64,000 bases of DNA from Takakia lepidozioides (taxonomy: Eukaryota; Plantae; Bryophyta), in assembly GCA_030704615.1 (NCBI GenBank), contig CM060732.1:37944001-38008000 (forward strand), written 5' to 3'. Shown one piece after another: positions 60,496 through 64,000 of the stretch. The notes beneath the pieces are model-generated. The model was not told the DNA's origin and did no database searches. It worked only from the letters and a program-made list of their open reading frames with translations. A program made the position numbers and the translations under genes. Position 1 is the stretch's first letter; each line of letters opens with the position of its first letter.

Positions 60496-63400
60496 CAACC
60501 ACGGGACGCGTCCTCTACCTCTAAGCCCACTGGACTTAAGGTTGCAGTTACGGAGGACAATTGGGAGCCTGATATTGGACCCATTGTCACCGGAGGAGAG
60601 AGACGACGTATACGGCGGTTCCTGAGGGCTTACAGGAATTGCTTTGCCTTCAGTTTGAAGGACTTGGGAGCACTGAAGGGTCAAGAGATCCGTATTGAGT
60701 TGGCCACTGACACGCCAATCTTTCGGAGACCCTATAGATACAGTGACATGGAGAGGTCTTTGATTCAGATGAGGACTCAAGATCTCTGGGAGGCAGGTTT
60801 GGTGGAGCTCTCTGGTGGAGAGTATGCTTCAGCCACAGTGATGCCAGCTAAGAAGGATGTCTATGGCAATTGGACGGAGAGACGTATGTGCGGTGATTAC
60901 CGGCCTGTAAATCGTCAGACCAAGTCCGATAGGTATGCCATGCCAACACCAGAGGAGATCTTTGATGCCATTGGGCATTCCAAGGTCTTTAGCACGTTGG
61001 ATTTACGATCCGGATATCACCAGTTGCCGATCAAGGAGGCGGATAAGCAAAAGACGGCATTCTGGGGGATCAATGAGCACGGGAAGGATTGCCTATACCA
61101 GTGGCGGTTCTTACCATTTGGGCTTAAAAACGCTCCCGCTGAGTTTCAAAGAGTCATGGACAGGATTCTAGCAGGGGTGGAGTTTGCTCGGTGCTACATA
61201 GATGACATCATCATCTTTAGTGCTACGGTGGAGGAGCATGAGAGACACCTTCAGGGGGTATTTGAGCGCTTGAGGACGCACGGATTGAAGTTACATCCGG
61301 GCAAGTGCAAGTTTTTCCACAACCAGATTGAGTATCTGGGTCACATGATATATCCTGGAGGATTGGGGGTACAGCAGACTAAGGTAGAGTCCATTGCACA
61401 GGTTCCACGCCCCACGGATGTGAGCCGAGTTCGAGCTTTCATGGGGTTAGCAAACTATTACAGACGGTTTGTTAAGGGATTTAGTGCCATTGCAAAGGCT
61501 CTAACCAAGCTGACCAAGGTGGACCAGGAGTGGCAGTGGGAAGATGAGCAAGAACAAGCTTTTCAAGAGCTCAAGGCGAGGTTGACCTCGGCGCCCATCT
61601 TGAGACGACCTATCAGGGGGCGTCCTTTTCAGCTGCATACAGATTGGAGCATGCTGGGGCTTGGAGCGGTGCTCACACAGGTGGATGATGAGGGAAGAGA
61701 GTTCGTAGTGGCTTATGCTAGCCGCTCGAACAATGCTGCAGAGTCTAAGTATAGCTCATATGAGGGAGAATGCTTAGCTGCAGTGTGGGCCGTGGCACAC
61801 TTCAGGTGCTATTTATACGGCAATCTCTTCACCCTTGTCACGGATCACCAACCACTCAAGTGGTTGATGGAGTCAGACAAGCTTACGGGGAAGCTTGCAC
61901 GGTGGGCACTCATCCTTCAAGAGTATGACTTTCAGGTGGTGCATCGACCGGGTTTGGTCAATCGAAATGCAGATGGGTTGAGTCGCAATCCATGCACGAG
62001 CCAGCAGGATGACACTGGAGCTCGGTGGCATGGTGAGACGGACGAGGAGATGGTGCCCGGATGGCATGCATCTGCATTTCTGTGTATCTTGGCAGCGGAA
62101 GGCCAGGTTGGACCTACAACAGGGATGACTGTAGATCAAGTGTCTGAGGACCCTGAGGCCAGCAATGAGCAGGGTGGCGCCAAAGATATACATGAGGATT
62201 CAGTTGTGTTGGACTACCTCCGCAGTGGAGACACGGCAGCCACTATGACTGCCAAGGAGAGGGATCGGATCCTACAACGAGCCAAGAGGTTCAGGTGGGA
62301 GGGGACACACCTGCTCCGAGTGTGGGAGGATGGTCGAGTGAGGATTGTGCCTCACCCAACACAGCGGGCACGGTTAGTGCGGCATGCCCATGAGGAGTTG
62401 GGGCATTTTGGGGTGCGACGCACTCATAGTCTACTGCAGGGGCAGTATTGGTGGCGTGGTATGCACACAGAGGTACAACACTTTGTGGCTAGGTGCATGG
62501 TGTGTGACAGGGTGCGTGCTTCATTCAACGCCCCTACTCCACAATTGCACCCTCTTCCGATCATGGGATTGGGCTACAGGTGGAGTCTTGACTTCGCAGG
62601 GCCGTTGCCACTGACCATGCGCCACCAACAAGTACGTGTTGGTGATGGTGGAGCACTTCCCAAGTGGATTGAATTGGTTCCATTGCCTGATAAGGCTAGT
62701 GAGGGAGCTGCGTATGCATTCCTGGATTGTGTGCTTAGCCGATTCGGTGCTCCAGCTGAGGTACTCACGGACCAAGGGAGAGAGTTCTTGGGGGAGTTTC
62801 AGGCTTTGTGTGACAAGGCCTTGATAGACCACCGCACCACTTCTCGGGATCATCCTGAAGCCGATGGCTTGGCAGAGAGAGTTGTTCAGACAGTAAAGAG
62901 GGGTTTGCGCAAGTATGGCTTGCAGAAGGGACACCTAGGAGATTGGGACCTTCAGTTACCCTGGTTAGCCATGGGCTACAGGTTCAGCAAGCAAGCATCA
63001 CTTGCCTCCTTCTCACCATACTTTCTTCTCTTTGGCCGAGAGCCGGATTTGCCTACATCCATTCGCAGAGAAGCTGCTACAGTTCTTAACCTTGACGATC
63101 CGGACGTGTGGGCACGTGCATGTGAGCAGCGTGCAGAGTTGTTCAAGAGAGTCATGCCTATGGCTTTCGAGAACCTTGCCATTGCACAACACCGTGATAC
63201 GTTGAGGTATGCTACCATACGTGGTGGGGGCTATCGTCCTGGGGTTCGGAGATTCAACCCTGGTGACTATGTCTATCTGCAGCAGACTGCTCCTACGACC
63301 CTGGATGTGACTGCAGGACGTGTTATTTTGAGGGTTCGAGAGGTCTTGCCCTCAGGCGTCTTGGTCTTGGAGGGTCGGGATGGCATCACTTGGAAGGACC

Positions 63401-63630
63401 ATGTGCGTAATTGTGCGCCATGTCACCTTCCGAATGTCGATGGCAGGATTGACCCAAACCTGGCAGTGGTATCTGCAGGTTTGAGGTGCATGTTGTGTGG
63501 GTCTGCTAAAGGGGCAGCCACCATGCTGGTATGTGATCGGTGCTCTAGAGGTTGGCATATGGGATGCTTGACTCCACCTCTTGAGATGGTTCCGGATGGG
63601 GATTGGTTATGTCCACATTGCATTGGATAG
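60496..63630 (+). CDS. pol: Pol: RT - RNase H - integrase - PHD finger, in frame with the upstream ORF after a single TAG
   Basis: DLRSGYHQ, LPFGLKNAP, YIDD (61195); HTDWS, YEGECLA, TDHQPL, NADGLSR; HHCC, WSLDF, LTDQGREF, GLAER; C4HC3 PHD at 63487-63621. Confidence 0.96.
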   Translation, partial: QPRDASSTSKPTGLKVAVTEDNWEPDIGPIVTGGERRRIRRFLRAYRNCFAFSLKDLGALKGQEIRIELATDTPIFRRPYRYSDMERSLIQMRTQDLWEAGLVELSGGEYASATVMPAKKDVYGNWTERRMCGDYRPVNRQTKSDRYAMPTPEEIFDAIGHSKVFSTLDLRSGYHQLPIKEADKQKTAFWGINEHGKDCLYQWRFLPFGLKNAPAEFQRVMDRILAGVEFARCYIDDIIIFSATVEEHERHLQGVFERLRTHGLKLHPGKCKFFHNQIEYLGHMIYPGGLGVQQTKVESIAQVPRPTDVSRVRAFMGLANYYRRFVKGFSAIAKALTKLTKVDQEWQWEDEQEQAFQELKARLTSAPILRRPIRGRPFQLHTDWSMLGLGAVLTQVDDEGREFVVAYASRSNNAAESKYSSYEGECLAAVWAVAHFRCYLYGNLFTLVTDHQPLKWLMESDKLTGKLARWALILQEYDFQVVHRPGLVNRNADGLSRNPCTSQQDDTGARWHGETDEEMVPGWHASAFLCILAAEGQVGPTTGMTVDQVSEDPEASNEQGGAKDIHEDSVVLDYLRSGDTAATMTAKERDRILQRAKRFRWEGTHLLRVWEDGRVRIVPHPTQRARLVRHAHEELGHFGVRRTHSLLQGQYWWRGMHTEVQHFVARCMVCDRVRASFNAPTPQLHPLPIMGLGYRWSLDFAGPLPLTMRHQQVRVGDGGALPKWIELVPLPDKASEGAAYAFLDCVLSRFGAPAEVLTDQGREFLGEFQALCDKALIDHRTTSRDHPEADGLAERVVQTVKRGLRKYGLQKGHLGDWDLQLPWLAMGYRFSKQASLASFSPYFLLFGREPDLPTSIRREAATVLNLDDPDVWARACEQRAELFKRVMPMAFENLAIAQHRDTLRYATIRGGGYRPGVRRFNPGDYVYLQQTAPTTLDVTAGRVILRVREVLPSGVLVLEGRDGITWKDHVRNCAPCHLPNVDGRIDPNLAVVSAGLRCMLCGSAKGAATMLVCDRCSRGWHMGCLTPPLEMVPDGDWLCPHCIG

Positions 63631-63976
63631 TGGGAGTGGATACAACCATGGAGGCTAACAAGAAACGCAAGGCCCAGCTACTAGGAGACCTTGAACACAC
63701 GAGATCTTGGCTCAAGTTCATAGATTGCAAGACGGCGACTAACGATGGGGCTACTCTTGTACCCGGCCTCTTGGTTGATAGAGTTTGAGCACGATAAAGA
63801 CAGTGATAGAGGACTTAGTACGGCTGTGGCTATTACATCTTGTAGCTATCTGGAGGTAGAGGGACCTATCCACCAGCTAGGGGGGCGATTGTGCTAGACT
63901 ACTTTATTGTGCATATATGTGTGGTGTGGTTTGGACAGCGATGTAGTTGTGTAGCGATATGTATGCGCACGACAGC

Positions 63977-64000
63977 TGTCAAGTTAAATAAGCACAGTGT
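63977..64000 (+). repeat. Start of a fourth TGTCAAG terminus (3' LTR or next copy)
   Basis: tgtcaagttaaataagcacagtgt is identical to 52559-52582. Confidence 0.9.

Larger units (their letters stand above)
52559..64000 (+). mobile_element. Ty3/gypsy retrotransposon encoding a DNMT3-like methyltransferase and a PHD finger (copy C)
   Basis: TGTCAAG terminus at 52559 recurs at 63977; gag, PR, DNMT, RT, RNase H, INT and PHD occur in gypsy order. Confidence 0.95.

Overview
Repeat-rich nuclear DNA from a land plant, probably a non-seed lineage (inferred from PLS/DYW PPR, CYP72-clan, CSI1, LysM-RLK and pectin methylesterase remnants). I found no intact host gene. The main feature is a Ty3/gypsy retrotransposon at 52559-64000+. 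Its polyprotein region reads Gag(2x CCHC) - aspartic protease - DNMT3-like cytosine methyltransferase - in-frame TAG in a CARYYA readthrough context - RT - RNase H - integrase - PHD finger. Upstream lie a hairpin-rich terminus, a ~1.7 kb mosaic of short host-gene fragments and a conserved 249-aa ORF of unknown function. Two derivative copies (13393-16901, 16902-19833) have the same terminus and ORF but largely different host fragments in the same slot (CSI1, ARF-like, RPB2, RLK, BSD2-like versus PME, LysM-RLK). Also present: a copia element with LTRs, PBS, PPT and TSD but a deleted RT core; a 100-bp tandem array; a scrambled, inverted PPR-DYW/CYP/aspartic-protease pseudogene cluster showing CpG decay; a rearranged Helitron with an Ulp1 protease; two more degenerate gypsy elements; and MITE, CACTA and LINE debris. 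All assignments are by-eye motif recognition. No searches were run, and boundaries marked approximate are estimates.
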